Shown: positions 22,585 through 34,735, counted from the stretch's first letter. The stretch is DNA of 64,000 nt from an uncultured Solirubrobacterales bacterium (GCA_963723585.1 CAVRRJ010000004.1:88591-152590), one strand, 5' to 3'. The notes: generated by a model not told the origin, from the sequence alone. A program made the numbers and translations.

Positions 22585-24038
22585 TCGAGCCCTCCATCTG
22601 GAGCTCGATCAGCCGGTTCATCTCGACCGCGTACTCCATCGGGAGCTCCTTGGTGATCGGCTCGATGAACCCGTTGACGATCAGCTTGGAGGCCTCCTCC
22701 TCGGAGATGCCGTGGGACATCAGGTAGAAGAGCTGGTCGTCGCCGACCTTGGAGACGGTGGCCTCGTGGCCGACGTTGACGTCGTCCTCGGAGATCCGGA
22801 TCGTCGGGTAGGTGTCAGAGCGCGACTCCTCGTCGAGCAGCAGCGCGTCGCAGACCACCTTGGAGCGGGCGCCGTGGGCGCCCTTGGCGATCTCCAGCAG
22901 ACCGCGGTAGGAGCCGCGGCCGCCGTCCTTGGAGATCGACTTGGCGAAGATGTTCGAGGTCGTGTTGGGCGCGGCGTGGATGATCTTGCCGCCCGCGTCC
23001 TGGTGCTGGCCCTTGCCGGCGAAGGCGATCGAGAGGATCTCCCCGTGGGCCCGCTCGCCCATCAGGTAGACGCTCGGGTACTTCATGGTCAGCTTGGAGC
23101 CCAGGTTGCAGTCGACCCACTCGACGGTGGCGTCGGTCTCGGCGACGGCGCGCTTGGTGACCAGGTTGAACACGTTGGTCGACCAGTTCTGGACCGTCGT
23201 GTAGCGGATCCGGGCGCCCGGCTTGGCGATCAGCTCGACCACCGCCGAGTGCAGGCTCGAGCGACGAGTAGGTCGGCGCGGTGCAGCCCTCGACGTAGTG
23301 CACGTAGGAGCCCTCGTCGGCGATGATCAGCGTGCGCTCGAACTGGCCCATCGACTCGGTGTTGATCCGGAAGTAGGCCTGCAGCGGCATCTCGACGTGC
23401 ACGCCCGGCGGCACGTAGACGAACGAGCCGCCCGACCACACGGCGCTGTTGAGCGCGGCCAGCTTGTTGTCGTTGGGCGGGATGATCGTGGCGAAGTACT
23501 CGCGGACCAGGTCCTCGTGCTCGCGCAGCGCGGTGTCCATGTCCATGAAGATCACGCCCTGCTTCTCGAGCTCGTCGTTGACCTGGTGGTAGACGACCTC
23601 GGACTCGTACTGGGCGCCGACGCCGGAGAGGAACTTGCGCTCGGCCTCGGGGATGCCGAGCCGGTCGAAGGTCTTCTTGACGTCCTCGGGCACGTCGTCC
23701 CAGGAGCGCTCGGCGCGCTCGGAGGCGCGCACGAAGTAGTGGATGTCGTCGAAGTCGACCTCGGCCAGCATCGGCGAGCCCCAGGTCGGCATCGGCCGGG
23801 CCAGGAAGTGGTCGAGCGCCTTGAGCCGGAAGTCGCGCATCCACTGCGGCTCGGACTTGAACTCGGAGATCTTGGCCACCAGCTCGGGGGTCAGGCCCTT
23901 GGGCGCCTTGTAGAGGTAGTTCTCGGCGTCGTGGAAGCCGTAGCGCTCGGTGTAGTCGGCGTTGATGCCGCGCAGCCGCTCGTTCTCGGTCAGCGGCGCG
24001 CTCGGCGTGTCGGTGGTCACGGTGTCGGGAGTAGCCAT
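22577..24038 (-). CDS. sufB: Fe-S cluster assembly protein SufB (frameshift near 23260)
   Basis: [50 protein letters not shown]. Confidence 0.95.
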
Positions 24039-24041
24039 TAG

Positions 24042-24359
24042 CTACTCCACCTCCAGCTTGATCGTGTCGCCCTCGATGATCACCGGGAAGGTGTCCACCG
24101 GGACATAGGCGGGCAGGGTCTTGGGCTTGCCGGTCGCCAGGTCGAACAGCGAGCCGTGCCGAGGGCACTCGACCGTGCACGCCTCCTCGTCGAACTCGCC
24201 CTCGGCCAGCGGGCCGTCGTCGTGCGAGCAGCGGTCCTCGATCGCGTACAGGGTGCCGGCGCAGTTGAACACGCCGATCTCCAGATCCTCCCATTCGACC
24301 AGGCGTCGCTCGCCGGGCGGGAGCTCGTTCACGGGACAGACTTCGATGACGGTGGGCAC
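24042..24359 (-). CDS. Rieske [2Fe-2S] ferredoxin
   Basis: CSH...CPRHG. Confidence 0.93.
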   Translation of the reverse strand: MPTVIEVCPVNELPPGERRLVEWEDLEIGVFNCAGTLYAIEDRCSHDDGPLAEGEFDEEACTVECPRHGSLFDLATGKPKTLPAYVPVDTFPVIIEGDTIKLEVE

Positions 24360-24367
24360 GATGTCGA

Positions 24368-24393
24368 GAATACCTAGCGTGGGGATCGGATTT
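24368..24393. promoter_or_regulatory. Putative Rrf2 operator 2 and internal promoter for Rieske-sufB-sufD
   Basis: GAATACCTA-N9-TCGGATTT, same pattern as 27465-27490; minus-strand TATTCT 7 nt before the GTG. Confidence 0.65.
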
Positions 24394-24404
24394 CCTAGCG
24401 AAGT

Positions 24405-24887
24405 CTAGCGGGCCGAGGCGTGGCGAACCGGGCGGCGTCGGCCCGGAGCCGCCCCGGACCGGCTACGGCGCCGCGCCGTCTCCGGCGTCTCGGGCTCCCA
24501 GGCCACGGCGTCGCCCAGCGAGGCGCTCTTGAGCACCTTGAGCGAGAGCAGCGCGCACTTCATCCGCTGCGCCGAGATGTCGATGCCCAGCAGGTCGAGC
24601 ACGAACGAGCGGTCGAGCTTGAGCAGCTCGGCCACCGGCATCCCCTTGACCTCGTCGGAGGCCATCGAGGCGGCGGCCTGGGAGATCGCGCAGCCGTGGC
24701 CCTCGAAGCGGACATCCTCGATCCGCCCGTCGTCGTCCACGGCCAGCTTGACCGTCAGCTCGTCCCCGCACAGCGGGTTGAGGTCGTGGAACTGCAGGTC
24801 GACGCGCTCGAGCTCGGGCTCGGGCGGGCTCCAGTTGTGGGGCCGCTTGTAGTGCTCGAGGATGTTCTCGCGATACAGGTCGTCCAT
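24405..24887 (-). CDS. sufU: SufU/NifU-like protein
   Basis: [35 protein letters not shown]. Confidence 0.92.
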   Translation of the reverse strand: MDDLYRENILEHYKRPHNWSPPEPELERVDLQFHDLNPLCGDELTVKLAVDDDGRIEDVRFEGHGCAISQAAASMASDEVKGMPVAELLKLDRSFVLDLLGIDISAQRMKCALLSLKVLKSASLGDAVAWEPETPETARRRSRSGAAPGRRRPVRHASAR

Positions 24888-24910
24888 GTCGACTTGCGAG
24901 GCTAGTTCGC

Positions 24911-26157
<1,247 letters not shown>

Positions 26158-26177
26158 CGGAACCTCAACGGCGGCGC

Positions 26178-26944
26178 TCAGGCCGCGTCCTGCACGAGCT
26201 CGTCGGTGATCCAGCCGTAGCCCTTGGCCTCGAGCTCGGCGACCAGCTCCGGGCCGCCCTCGCGGACGATCCGGCCCTGGTACATGACGTGCACATGGCT
26301 GGGCTGCACGAGGTGCAGGATCCGCTGGTAGTGGGTGATGATGAGCACGCCGAGATCGGGGCCGGCCACCGAGTTGACCCCGTCGGCGACCACGCGCAGG
26401 GCGTCGATGTCGAGCCCGGAGTCGGTCTCGTCGAGCACGGCCAGCTCGGCTTCTGCAGGGCCAGCTGGAGGATCTCCATGCGCTTCTTCTCGCCGCCCGA
26501 GAAGCCCTCGTTGAGGTAGCGGCTGGAGAACTCGCGGGGCACGCTGACCAGCTTCATCGCCGCCTCCACCGTCTCGCGGAACTCCTTGAGCGGGATCGGC
26601 TCCTCGCCGCGGGCGTCGCGGTGGGCGTTGAGCACGGTGCGCAGGTACTTGGTCACCGTCACGCCGGGAACCGAGACCGGGTACTGAAAGGCCATGAACA
26701 GGCCCATGCGGGCGCGCTCGTCGGTAGTGGCCTCGGTGATGTCCTCGCCGCCCAAGATGATCTGGCCCTCGGTGACCTCGAGCCCGGGGTGGCCCATGAC
26801 GGCGTTGGCCAGGGTCGATTTGCCGGAGCCGTTGGGGCCCATCAGGGCATGGATCTCACCCGCGCCGACGGTCAGGTCGAGACCGCGCAGGATCTCCTTA
26901 TCACCGGCGCGGACGTGAAGGTTTCGGATCTCGAGATCAGGCAT
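26178..26944 (-). CDS. sufC: Fe-S cluster assembly ATPase (frameshift near 26450)
   Basis: GPNGSGKST, FSGGEKKR, LDETDSGLDID, IITHY. Confidence 0.95.
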
Positions 26945-26965
26945 GCTTGTTCTTCCTTAGGGTCT

Positions 26966-27460
26966 CTAGGCGGCCGGCACGGGGATCACGTCCACCGTGG
27001 GCGCAGCAGTCTCGGGTTCGGGTTCGCGGCCGCCGGAGAACTCCACCAGCTCGGCCAGGGTGGTCGTCTGCAGCGAGCGGATGATGCCGCCCTGGACGCG
27101 GGTCCACAGCAGCTTGGTCGCGCAGCCGCGCCCGGCGTCGGGCTGGTGGGAGCACAGCACCCGCTCGGTGTGGTCGTGCACGAAGCACTCCATCGGGGCG
27201 ATCGAGCCCTCCAGGGCCTGGACGACCTCGTCCATGGCGATCTCCTCCGCCGGACGGGCGAGCCAGTAGCCGCCGTGAGCGCCGCGGGCGCTCATGACCA
27301 GGCCGGCCCTGCGCAGCCGGGCGACCACCTGCTCGAGGTAGGCCAGCGGGAGCCCCTCGGCGTCGGCGATCGCCTTGAGGCTGGTCGGGTGCTCGGGCGA
27401 CTGCCGTCCGAGCTCGATCATCAGCCGGACGCCGTACTCGGCCTTGGAGGAGAAGATCAC
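26966..27460 (-). CDS. Rrf2 family (IscR-like) transcriptional regulator
   Basis: SSKAEYG, YLEQ, RGAHGGY, three Cys in the C-terminal half. Confidence 0.92.
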   Translation of the reverse strand: MIFSSKAEYGVRLMIELGRQSPEHPTSLKAIADAEGLPLAYLEQVVARLRRAGLVMSARGAHGGYWLARPAEEIAMDEVVQALEGSIAPMECFVHDHTERVLCSHQPDAGRGCATKLLWTRVQGGIIRSLQTTTLAELVEFSGGREPEPETAAPTVDVIPVPAA

Positions 27461-27464
27461 AGGC

Positions 27465-27490
27465 TAAATCCTACCAGGGCGGTCGGTTTA
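27465..27490. promoter_or_regulatory. Putative Rrf2 operator 1 overlapping the -10 of the rrf2-suf operon
   Basis: Imperfect palindrome TAAATCCTA-CCAGGGCGG-TCGGTTTA; minus-strand TAGGAT 7 nt before the GTG. Confidence 0.7.
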
Positions 27491-27529
27491 GGCTGGGCGG
27501 CTCACAGTCCGAGACGGTAGGGTCCGCCC

Positions 27530-28714
27530 ATGGATGATGGGGGCCTGGCCACCGCACCTGAGGTGCTCGAGGCCGCGCGCGCCGCGCGCGCCGCAGGGCG
27601 GCTCGGAATCGACACCGAATTCATGTCCGAGGGCCGCTACCGGGCGCTGCTCTGCCTGGTCCAGGTGGCGGTCGAGAACCCCGAGCCCGGCAGCGACCCG
27701 CTCATCTATCTGATCGACGGACTGAGCGAAGTCGACGTCCGCCCCCTGGCCGAGCTCCTGGCCGATCCCGAGGTGGAGATCGTCCTCCATGCCGGGCGCC
27801 AGGACGTGGCCATCCTGCGCCGCGCCTGGCACACCGAGCTGAACAACATCTTCGACACCCAGATCGCCGCCGGCTTCAGCGGCGGCGGAGCCCAGACCGG
27901 GTACGGGAATCTGATCGGTGCGATGCTCGGCCGCCGGGTGGGCAAGACGGCCAGCTATACCCGGTGGGACGTCCGCCCGCTGACCGCGGAGCAGCTGGGC
28001 TATGCGGCCGAGGACGTGGCCCACCTGCTCGAGCTGGCCGATGAGATCCAGCGGCGGTTGAGCGAGAGCGGGCGCCTCGATTGGGCGCGGGAGGAGTGCC
28101 GCCGGCTGGAGCTGGCCACCGACGAGCGGGATCCGGAAACCGCCTGGGAGCGTCTGCCCCGCCTCGGACAGCTCGATCCTCGCGCCCGCGCCGTCGCACG
28201 CGAGCTGGCCGCATGGCGCGAGCGCACCGCGGCATCGCTGGACAGGCCCGTGGGCTCGATCCTGGCCGACCCGCCGCTGGTCGAACTGGCCAAGCGCCAT
28301 CCCTCCACGCTGGGGGGCCTCGAGCAGATCCGCGGGCTGCATCCGCCGACCATCAAGCGCCGCGGCCAGGCGATCCTCGACGCCATCGGCCGCGGGCGCC
28401 AAGCCGAGCCGATCGCGCGCGATGAGGCCCGCGCCCGCTCGGAGTCCGGCGACGCCCCCCTGATCTCCCTGGCCGAGGCCCTGCTCCGGGCCCGGGCCCT
28501 GGAGGCCGGCCTGGCCTACGAGCTGATCGCCTCGCGGGCCGAGCTCGAGCTGATCGTCGGCGCCGCTCGCCGGGGCGAGCCCGAGCCCGAGCTGCGGACG
28601 CTCAGCGGCTGGCGCCGCGCGCTGGTGGGCAGTGACCTGCGCGATCTGCTCGCCGGCGACAGCTGCCTCGGCGTGGCCGAGGATCGCCGGTTGCACCTGC
28701 GCTCCCACACCTGA
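27530..28714 (+). CDS. rnd: Ribonuclease D (DEDDy exonuclease plus HRDC)
   Basis: IDTEF, HAGRQD, FDTQ, YAAED, WRE...HRDC. Confidence 0.92.
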   Translation: MDDGGLATAPEVLEAARAARAAGRLGIDTEFMSEGRYRALLCLVQVAVENPEPGSDPLIYLIDGLSEVDVRPLAELLADPEVEIVLHAGRQDVAILRRAWHTELNNIFDTQIAAGFSGGGAQTGYGNLIGAMLGRRVGKTASYTRWDVRPLTAEQLGYAAEDVAHLLELADEIQRRLSESGRLDWAREECRRLELATDERDPETAWERLPRLGQLDPRARAVARELAAWRERTAASLDRPVGSILADPPLVELAKRHPSTLGGLEQIRGLHPPTIKRRGQAILDAIGRGRQAEPIARDEARARSESGDAPLISLAEALLRARALEAGLAYELIASRAELELIVGAARRGEPEPELRTLSGWRRALVGSDLRDLLAGDSCLGVAEDRRLHLRSHT

Positions 28715-28737
28715 TCCGGCGGCCCCGCGCCCCGAAC

Positions 28738-29208
28738 CTAGGCCGAACCCGACTCCAGCATCACCGACAGCGCCGACTGGCGGGCGATCATGGTTTGGGA
28801 GAGGACCCGGGCGATCATCCGCGAACGCTTGACCCAGCCGAGGTCCACGTCCTTGAGATCGAGCGCGGCGGTGGCGAACACGATGTGAAAGCGGTGACCC
28901 GGTGACTCGGCGGCGTGCTCATCCCCGGTCTCGGCGTTGACCAGGCCCCAGCCGAGTGCCTGCAGGTGCTGGCGCTCGCTTTTCAGCAACTCGTCCGAGC
29001 TGCCGTAGCGCCCCACCACCACCAGCTGCACCGCGCAGTACTGGTTGGCCCCCGGGTCACAGCGGGTCACGTGGGCGAGGATCCGGGCCCGCGCGGTCAG
29101 GGGCACCGCGGCCAACGAGGGGGTGCGGCTCTGGGCCGAGGACCCGCATCCGGCCACCACGAGCGTGAGCGCCACCGGCACAGCCCGTATCAAGGCACGC
29201 ACGCGCAT
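28738..29208 (-). CDS. Putative lipoprotein
   Basis: Lipobox VAGC after a hydrophobic stretch. Confidence 0.65.
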   Translation of the reverse strand: MRVRALIRAVPVALTLVVAGCGSSAQSRTPSLAAVPLTARARILAHVTRCDPGANQYCAVQLVVVGRYGSSDELLKSERQHLQALGWGLVNAETGDEHAAESPGHRFHIVFATAALDLKDVDLGWVKRSRMIARVLSQTMIARQSALSVMLESGSA

Positions 29209-29227
29209 CGTCTTCCCGAGTGAGAAT

Positions 29228-30220
29228 CTACCCGGCGTCGAAGGCCGAGAGCGCGGCGGCGATCCCGTCGCGGTCAAGGCCCGAGCCCAGGCAGCAGAGC
29301 AGGGCCATGCGCGCGGCCGGGGCGGAGAGGAAGGGCACGCACACTGCGCCGCAGTCGCGCAGGTCGGGCTCGGCGCCGTCGAAGCCGTAGGTGGCGAACA
29401 GCATCGACGCCCGCTCCGGGCGGCAGGTGATGAGCACCGGCTCCTCGCTCACCACGCGGCGAAGCGCGCGGAGCATCCCGGGGGGAAGATGCCCGGCGCC
29501 GAACGCGACGACGACGATCCCGTCGGCGCGCTCCGCGGCCTCGGCCAGCCCCACCCCGTCATCGCCCAGGCTGGCGGTGAGGATCTCGACGCGGTAGTCC
29601 AGGCTCTCTGGATCAAGCGGAGCGGTGACCGCGGCCGGCCGGGCGTGCAGCCAGATTCGCCCCTCCACCACCCGTCCGATCGGCCCCGCCCCGGGTGAGC
29701 CGAAGGCGGCCGGCCCGGTGCTGTCGATCTTGCGCACGCTGGTGGCAGCGTGGATCTCTCCCCCGAACACGACCGTCGTTCCCAGTCCGCCGGCCCGCTC
29801 GGCTCCAGCCACGGCGACCGCGTCGAGCAGGTTGGCCGGGCCGTCGGCGCCCGGGCGGCTGGCCGGCCGGTTGGCGCCGGTGAGGACGATCGGCGTCCCG
29901 GAATCGTGGAGCAATGCCGTGAGGACGGCCAGCTCCTCCAGGGTGTCGGTTCCGGTGGTGATGACCACGCCCTCCCCGCCCCGCGCGGCCTCGCGCGCGC
30001 GGCGAGCCAGGACCAGCGCGTCCTCGAGGCCGATCTGGGGTCCGGGCAGCGCCAGCACGTTCTCGGCCTGGAGGTTCCCGACGGCGCCCAGCTCCGGCAA
30101 CGCGGCCACCAGCTGGCCGGCGTCGAGCGCCGGCACCGCACGCTCTCCGCTCATGGCGATCGTGCCCCCGGCGGCGAGCAGGCGGACGGGGCGGGTCAGG
30201 GCGGCGAACGGGTTCGGCAT
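29228..30220 (-). CDS. Asparaginase
   Basis: GGTIA, TGTDTLEE, VLTGA. Confidence 0.92.
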   Translation of the reverse strand: MPNPFAALTRPVRLLAAGGTIAMSGERAVPALDAGQLVAALPELGAVGNLQAENVLALPGPQIGLEDALVLARRAREAARGGEGVVITTGTDTLEELAVLTALLHDSGTPIVLTGANRPASRPGADGPANLLDAVAVAGAERAGGLGTTVVFGGEIHAATSVRKIDSTGPAAFGSPGAGPIGRVVEGRIWLHARPAAVTAPLDPESLDYRVEILTASLGDDGVGLAEAAERADGIVVVAFGAGHLPPGMLRALRRVVSEEPVLITCRPERASMLFATYGFDGAEPDLRDCGAVCVPFLSAPAARMALLCCLGSGLDRDGIAAALSAFDAG

Positions 30221-30255
30221 GGCGTCCGGGCAGGCTAATGTCTCCGGGGCCGTTT

Positions 30256-32088
30256 ATGTCCAGCGCGACCGAACTTCTCTCCGATCCCGAACTGCTCGAG
30301 ACCGAGTGGGACCTGGCTCCGCTGGTCGATGGTCATGCCGCGACGGGCGCCGAGCAGCTCCTGGCCGAAGCGCTCTCCCGCGCCGAGCGCTTCGCGGAGC
30401 GGTTCGCCGGGCGCCTGGGCGAGCTCGACGTCGCGGCCCTGGCCGAGGCCATGCGCGAGCTGGCCGCGGTCCACGAGCTGGTCGGCCGCGCCGGGTCCTA
30501 CGCCGCCCTGCGCTTCGCCACCGACACGGCCGACCATGAGCGCGGCGCGCTGCTCCAGCTGGTCCAGGAGCGGGCCACCGAGATCGAGACCAAGCTGCTC
30601 TTCTTCGAGCTCGAGTGGGCAACCCTGCCCGAGGAGCGGGTGCGGGAATTGCTCGGCGACCCGGATGACCCAGACTCCGGCCAGTCCGGGGCACTTGACT
30701 TCTGCGCGCACTACCTGCGCACCGCCCGGCGCTACCGACCGCATCTGCTCTCAGAGCCCGAGGAGAAGATCCTGGCCGAGAAGGCGATCGCCAGTCAGAG
30801 CGCCTGGAGTCGTCTGTTCGGCGAGCAGGTGGCGGCGATCCGGGTGGCCGTTGAGGGGGAGGACGAGCTCCCGCTCGACGTCGCGCTGAGCCGCCTGCAG
30901 TCGGCCGACCGCGAGGTCCGCCGCACGGTGGCCGAGGCCGTCTCCGAAGCGCTGGCGCCGGGGCTGCGCACCCGCGCGTTCATCTTCAACACCCTGCTGC
31001 ACGAGAAGGCCGTGGAGGACCGGCTGCGGTCCTATCCGCACTGGCTGGCTAGCCGCAACCTGGCCAACGAGGCCTCCGACGAGTCGGTGATGGCCCTGAT
31101 CGAAGCCGTCCGGGGCCGCTTCGACATCCCCCAGCGCTGGTACGCGCTCAAGGCGCGGCTGCTCGGCGTGGAACGGATCGCCGATTACGACCGCGCCGCC
31201 CCGGTTCTCCCCCACGACGTCACCTTCTCCTTCGGCGAAGCTCGCGACATGGTGCTCGACACCTACGCGGACTTTTCCGCCGACGCCGGCCAGATCACCC
31301 GGCGGTTCTTCGCCGAGCGCTGGATCGACGCGCCGGTCAGGCCCCACAAGCGCGGCGGTGCCTTCTGCTCCTACACCGTGCCCAGCGTGCATCCCTACGT
31401 GATGCTCAACTTCACCGCCCGGCGCCGCGACGTGTTGACCATGGCCCACGAGCTCGGACACGGCCTGCACGCTGCGCTGGCCCAGCCTCAGGGCGTATTC
31501 CACCACTCGACGCCGCTGACGCTGGCCGAGACGGCGTCGGTGTTCGGCGAGTCACTGGTCTTCGGGCGGCTCCTCGACGCAACCACGGATGAGGAGGACC
31601 GACTCGGTCTGCTGGCCGAGCGGCTCGACGGCGCCGTGGCCACCGTGTTTCGCCAGATGGCCATGAACCGCTTCGAGCATCTCGTCCATACCCGGCGCCG
31701 CGCCGAGGGTGAGCTGTCGGTGGAGCGCTTCAACGAGTCCTGGGTCGAGTCCCAGGCCGAGCTGTTCGGCGACTCGGTGCAGATCACCGACGGCTACCAC
31801 ACCTGGTGGTCCTACATCCCGCACTTCATCAACACCCCGGGCTACGTCTACGCCTACGCCTACGGGCTGCTGCTGGCCACCTCGGTCTACCGCCGGTACG
31901 TGGAGGAGGGTCCTTCGTTCGCGCCGCGCTATCTGGAGCTGCTCGCCGCCGGGGGGTCGCGGAGCCCGGAGGCGCTGGCCGGGATGGTGGGGATCGATCT
32001 GGCCGACCCCGGCTTCTGGGACTCCGGCCTCGGCTTGATCGACGACCTGCTGAGCCAGGCCGAGACGCTGGCCGCAGCGCGCCGCTAG
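30256..32088 (+). CDS. M3 family oligoendopeptidase
   Basis: KRGGAFC, HELGH, AETAS, YVYAY. Confidence 0.93.
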   Translation: MSSATELLSDPELLETEWDLAPLVDGHAATGAEQLLAEALSRAERFAERFAGRLGELDVAALAEAMRELAAVHELVGRAGSYAALRFATDTADHERGALLQLVQERATEIETKLLFFELEWATLPEERVRELLGDPDDPDSGQSGALDFCAHYLRTARRYRPHLLSEPEEKILAEKAIASQSAWSRLFGEQVAAIRVAVEGEDELPLDVALSRLQSADREVRRTVAEAVSEALAPGLRTRAFIFNTLLHEKAVEDRLRSYPHWLASRNLANEASDESVMALIEAVRGRFDIPQRWYALKARLLGVERIADYDRAAPVLPHDVTFSFGEARDMVLDTYADFSADAGQITRRFFAERWIDAPVRPHKRGGAFCSYTVPSVHPYVMLNFTARRRDVLTMAHELGHGLHAALAQPQGVFHHSTPLTLAETASVFGESLVFGRLLDATTDEEDRLGLLAERLDGAVATVFRQMAMNRFEHLVHTRRRAEGELSVERFNESWVESQAELFGDSVQITDGYHTWWSYIPHFINTPGYVYAYAYGLLLATSVYRRYVEEGPSFAPRYLELLAAGGSRSPEALAGMVGIDLADPGFWDSGLGLIDDLLSQAETLAAARR

Positions 32089-32093
32089 TCCGC

Positions 32094-32468
32094 TCAGTGA
32101 CGGGCGCGCCGGGTGCGCGTGCGCTCCTGCTGGCGCGCCACCACGTTGGCGATCAGCTTCAGCACCTGCTCAATCCCGGTCGCCTTGGCCTCGCCCTTGG
32201 CGAAGGCCGCCTCCCAGTCGGCGATGTGGCCCTTGGTGGCCAGCTCGTTGAACTGAGCGCGCTGCACCTCGAGGCGAACCTTGGCGTCGGAGGGGATGTC
32301 CTTGGTCACCCTCGGTCCGGGCAGCTCCACCCGGTAGTGCTGGATGTCGCCGCGGCCCCGGAGCTCCAGCGCCGCGACCAGCTTCAGCGGCTGGAGCGCC
32401 GGCACCTCTTCGAGGAACCGGTTGACCGCGGTCTCGATCAGGCTCCTGGTATCGCCGGGCGTGGTCAC
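32094..32468 (-). CDS. Hypothetical protein, possibly SCP2-like
   Basis: Co-oriented directly downstream of the acyl-CoA dehydrogenase; plausible globular sequence. Confidence 0.6.
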   Translation of the reverse strand: MTTPGDTRSLIETAVNRFLEEVPALQPLKLVAALELRGRGDIQHYRVELPGPRVTKDIPSDAKVRLEVQRAQFNELATKGHIADWEAAFAKGEAKATGIEQVLKLIANVVARQQERTRTRRARH

Positions 32469-32475
32469 GCCGCGC

Positions 32476-33687
32476 CTAGATCTTGTGGCGCTCGAGCAGC
32501 TTGCGGCCGATGACCATGCGCTGGATCTCGCTCGTTCCCTCGCCAATCAACAGCAGCGGCGCGTCGCGGTAAAGGCGCTCGATCTCATACTCCTTCGAGT
32601 AGCCGTAGCCGCCATGGATGCGCAGGCACTCCTCGACGCAGAAGCGGCCCGCCTCGGAAGCGAACAGCTTGGCCATGCCCGCCTCGATGTCGCTGCGCTC
32701 GCCTGCGTCCTTCAGGCGGGCTGCTCTTTGCGTGAGGAGTCGGGCGGCGTCCACCTGCGTGGCCATGTCGGCGAGCTTGAACTGGATCGCCTGGTGCTGG
32801 GCGATCGGCTTGCCGAACGTCTTTCGCTCCTGGCTGTACTTCAGCGCCAGCTCGAGCGCCCGCTGCGCGATCCCCACCCCGCGGGCGGCCACGTTGACCC
32901 GGCCGAGCTCGAGCGCGTCCATCATCTGCGGAAAGCCCTTGTTCAGCCCGGCCTCCTCGCCGCCGAGGATGCTCTCGGCCGGGGTCTTGTAGCCATCGAA
33001 GACCAGCTCGGTCGACTCGACGCCTTTGTAACCCATCTTCTTGATCTGGGGCGGGACCGTCAGCCCGGCGTAGTCGCCCGTGTTCTCGCTCGCGCCCGGC
33101 TCCTTCTCGGCGATGAAGCAGGTCAGCCCGCGATGCTTGGGCTCGGCGCTGGGATCGGTTCTCACGAGCACGAACACGAGTCCGGCCCGCAGCCCGTTGG
33201 TGACCCACATCTTGCTGCCGTTGATCTCGTAGGCGCCGTCCTCCTGCTTGCGCGCGGCGGTCTTGATCGCCGCCACGTCGGAGCCGAGCTCGGGCTCGGA
33301 CAGGGAGAAGGCGGCCCTGATCTCCCCGGTGGCCATCTTGGGCAGGTAGCGCTGCTTCTGCTCGTCAGTGCCGAACTTCATCAGCAGATAGGAGCCGATG
33401 AAGTGGGTGTTGACGATGCCGGAGATGGAGATCCAGCCCCGCGACAATTCCTCGACGATCATCGCGTAGGTGCTCAGGTCAAGGCCCATGCCCCCGTACT
33501 CCTCGGGGATCGTCACCCCGAACAGCCCCAGCTCTTTCATCTGCTCGACGATCGGTTCGGGGAACTCATCCTCGTGGTCGTAGTGCTCGGCCTTGGGCAG
33601 GATCTGCTCATCGGCGAACTGGCGGACCATCTCGCAGATCGCCTTCTGCTCGTCGGTGATTTCGTTGTGCGGGCTCGCTACGGCCAT
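32476..33687 (-). CDS. Acyl-CoA dehydrogenase
   Basis: SLSEPELGSD, GSKMWVTNG, HGGYGY, IGEGTSEIQ. Confidence 0.95.
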   Translation of the reverse strand: MAVASPHNEITDEQKAICEMVRQFADEQILPKAEHYDHEDEFPEPIVEQMKELGLFGVTIPEEYGGMGLDLSTYAMIVEELSRGWISISGIVNTHFIGSYLLMKFGTDEQKQRYLPKMATGEIRAAFSLSEPELGSDVAAIKTAARKQEDGAYEINGSKMWVTNGLRAGLVFVLVRTDPSAEPKHRGLTCFIAEKEPGASENTGDYAGLTVPPQIKKMGYKGVESTELVFDGYKTPAESILGGEEAGLNKGFPQMMDALELGRVNVAARGVGIAQRALELALKYSQERKTFGKPIAQHQAIQFKLADMATQVDAARLLTQRAARLKDAGERSDIEAGMAKLFASEAGRFCVEECLRIHGGYGYSKEYEIERLYRDAPLLLIGEGTSEIQRMVIGRKLLERHKI

Positions 33688-33787
33688 CGGGGCTCCTGTC
33701 TGTCTCTCGTCGGCGCGGCCGAGTGTGTCAGAACTCTGTGCCGGTTTGCCCAGCCGGGACGTTCCGGTGGGACCCTCCGTCGATCCG

Positions 33788-34735
33788 ATGCCATATTGGC
33801 AACAGATAGACGGAGCCTCCTGCGAAACGGCCCTGGTTGCCCTGGCCCGCCGGCAGCATGGCAACGTAACCCGCGAACAGCTGCTGGGCCTCGGCCTCGG
33901 GAAGGCGGCCATCGCCTATCGGTGCCGGCACGGACGCCTGTTTCGGGCTCACCTCGGCGTCTATTCCCTGGGCCGCCCGCCCTCGCTGCCCCTCGAACGC
34001 GCGGCCGCAGCCGTCCTGGCATGCGGGCCTGGGGCTGTCCTCAGCCACCAGTCGGCCTTCTCCCTCTGGGGTTTCGCGAGCGAATGGCGCTTCCCGCTGC
34101 ACGTCACGGCCCCGGGCCGGCGCAAGCGCCCGGGCATCATCACCCACGAGGCGCCCGGCCTCGCCCGCGCGGACATCCGCACCCAGCTCGGCATCCGCGC
34201 CACGAGCCCGGCCCGGACGCTGCTCGACTGCGCGCCGGACCTCGGAGAGCGCCGGCTTCACCGCACCGCGGCTGACGGCCGCCGGGCGGGGCTGATCCAT
34301 CCCGCCGGGCTGATCGACGTCGCCGAGCGCTTCCGCTACCACCCGGGAGCCCCCCTCCTGCGCGCGATCCTGGCCGATCTGCATAACCCCACCCGCTCGG
34401 AGTTCGAGGACGCCTTCCTGGTCTTCTGCGCCCGCAATGGCCTGCCCACACCGCTGGTCAACACCCGCGTGGCCGGCCACGAGGTCGACGCCCTGTTTCC
34501 CGAACACGGCCTGATCGTCGAGCTCGACGGCTGGGAGTTCCATCGCGACCGGCACGCGTTCGAAAATGACCGTGACCGGGACGCCGACGCGCTCGTTCTC
34601 GGCCTGCCCACCGTGCGCGTCACCTGGGGGCGCATGACCGGCCGTTCCCAGCGCGAAGCCGAGCGCCTGCGCAGGATCCTGGCTGGTACTAGCCGCGGGT
34701 GTGCGCCGGGGCCGCGTTCTGGGCCTCCGACTTGA
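33788..34735 (+). CDS. AbiEi-like N-terminus plus DUF559/Vsr-like endonuclease domain
   Basis: ARRQHGNVTREQL, LSHQSA, TSPARTLLD, RSEFE, EVD...IVELDGWEFH...DRDRD. Confidence 0.85.
   Translation: MPYWQQIDGASCETALVALARRQHGNVTREQLLGLGLGKAAIAYRCRHGRLFRAHLGVYSLGRPPSLPLERAAAAVLACGPGAVLSHQSAFSLWGFASEWRFPLHVTAPGRRKRPGIITHEAPGLARADIRTQLGIRATSPARTLLDCAPDLGERRLHRTAADGRRAGLIHPAGLIDVAERFRYHPGAPLLRAILADLHNPTRSEFEDAFLVFCARNGLPTPLVNTRVAGHEVDALFPEHGLIVELDGWEFHRDRHAFENDRDRDADALVLGLPTVRVTWGRMTGRSQREAERLRRILAGTSRGCAPGPRSGPPT

Noticed and set aside
32344-34275. Long antisense or alternate-frame ORFs (also 41682-44114, 46996-48984, 55928-57655)
   Set aside because: Shadow ORFs expected in high-GC DNA, overlapping well-supported genes
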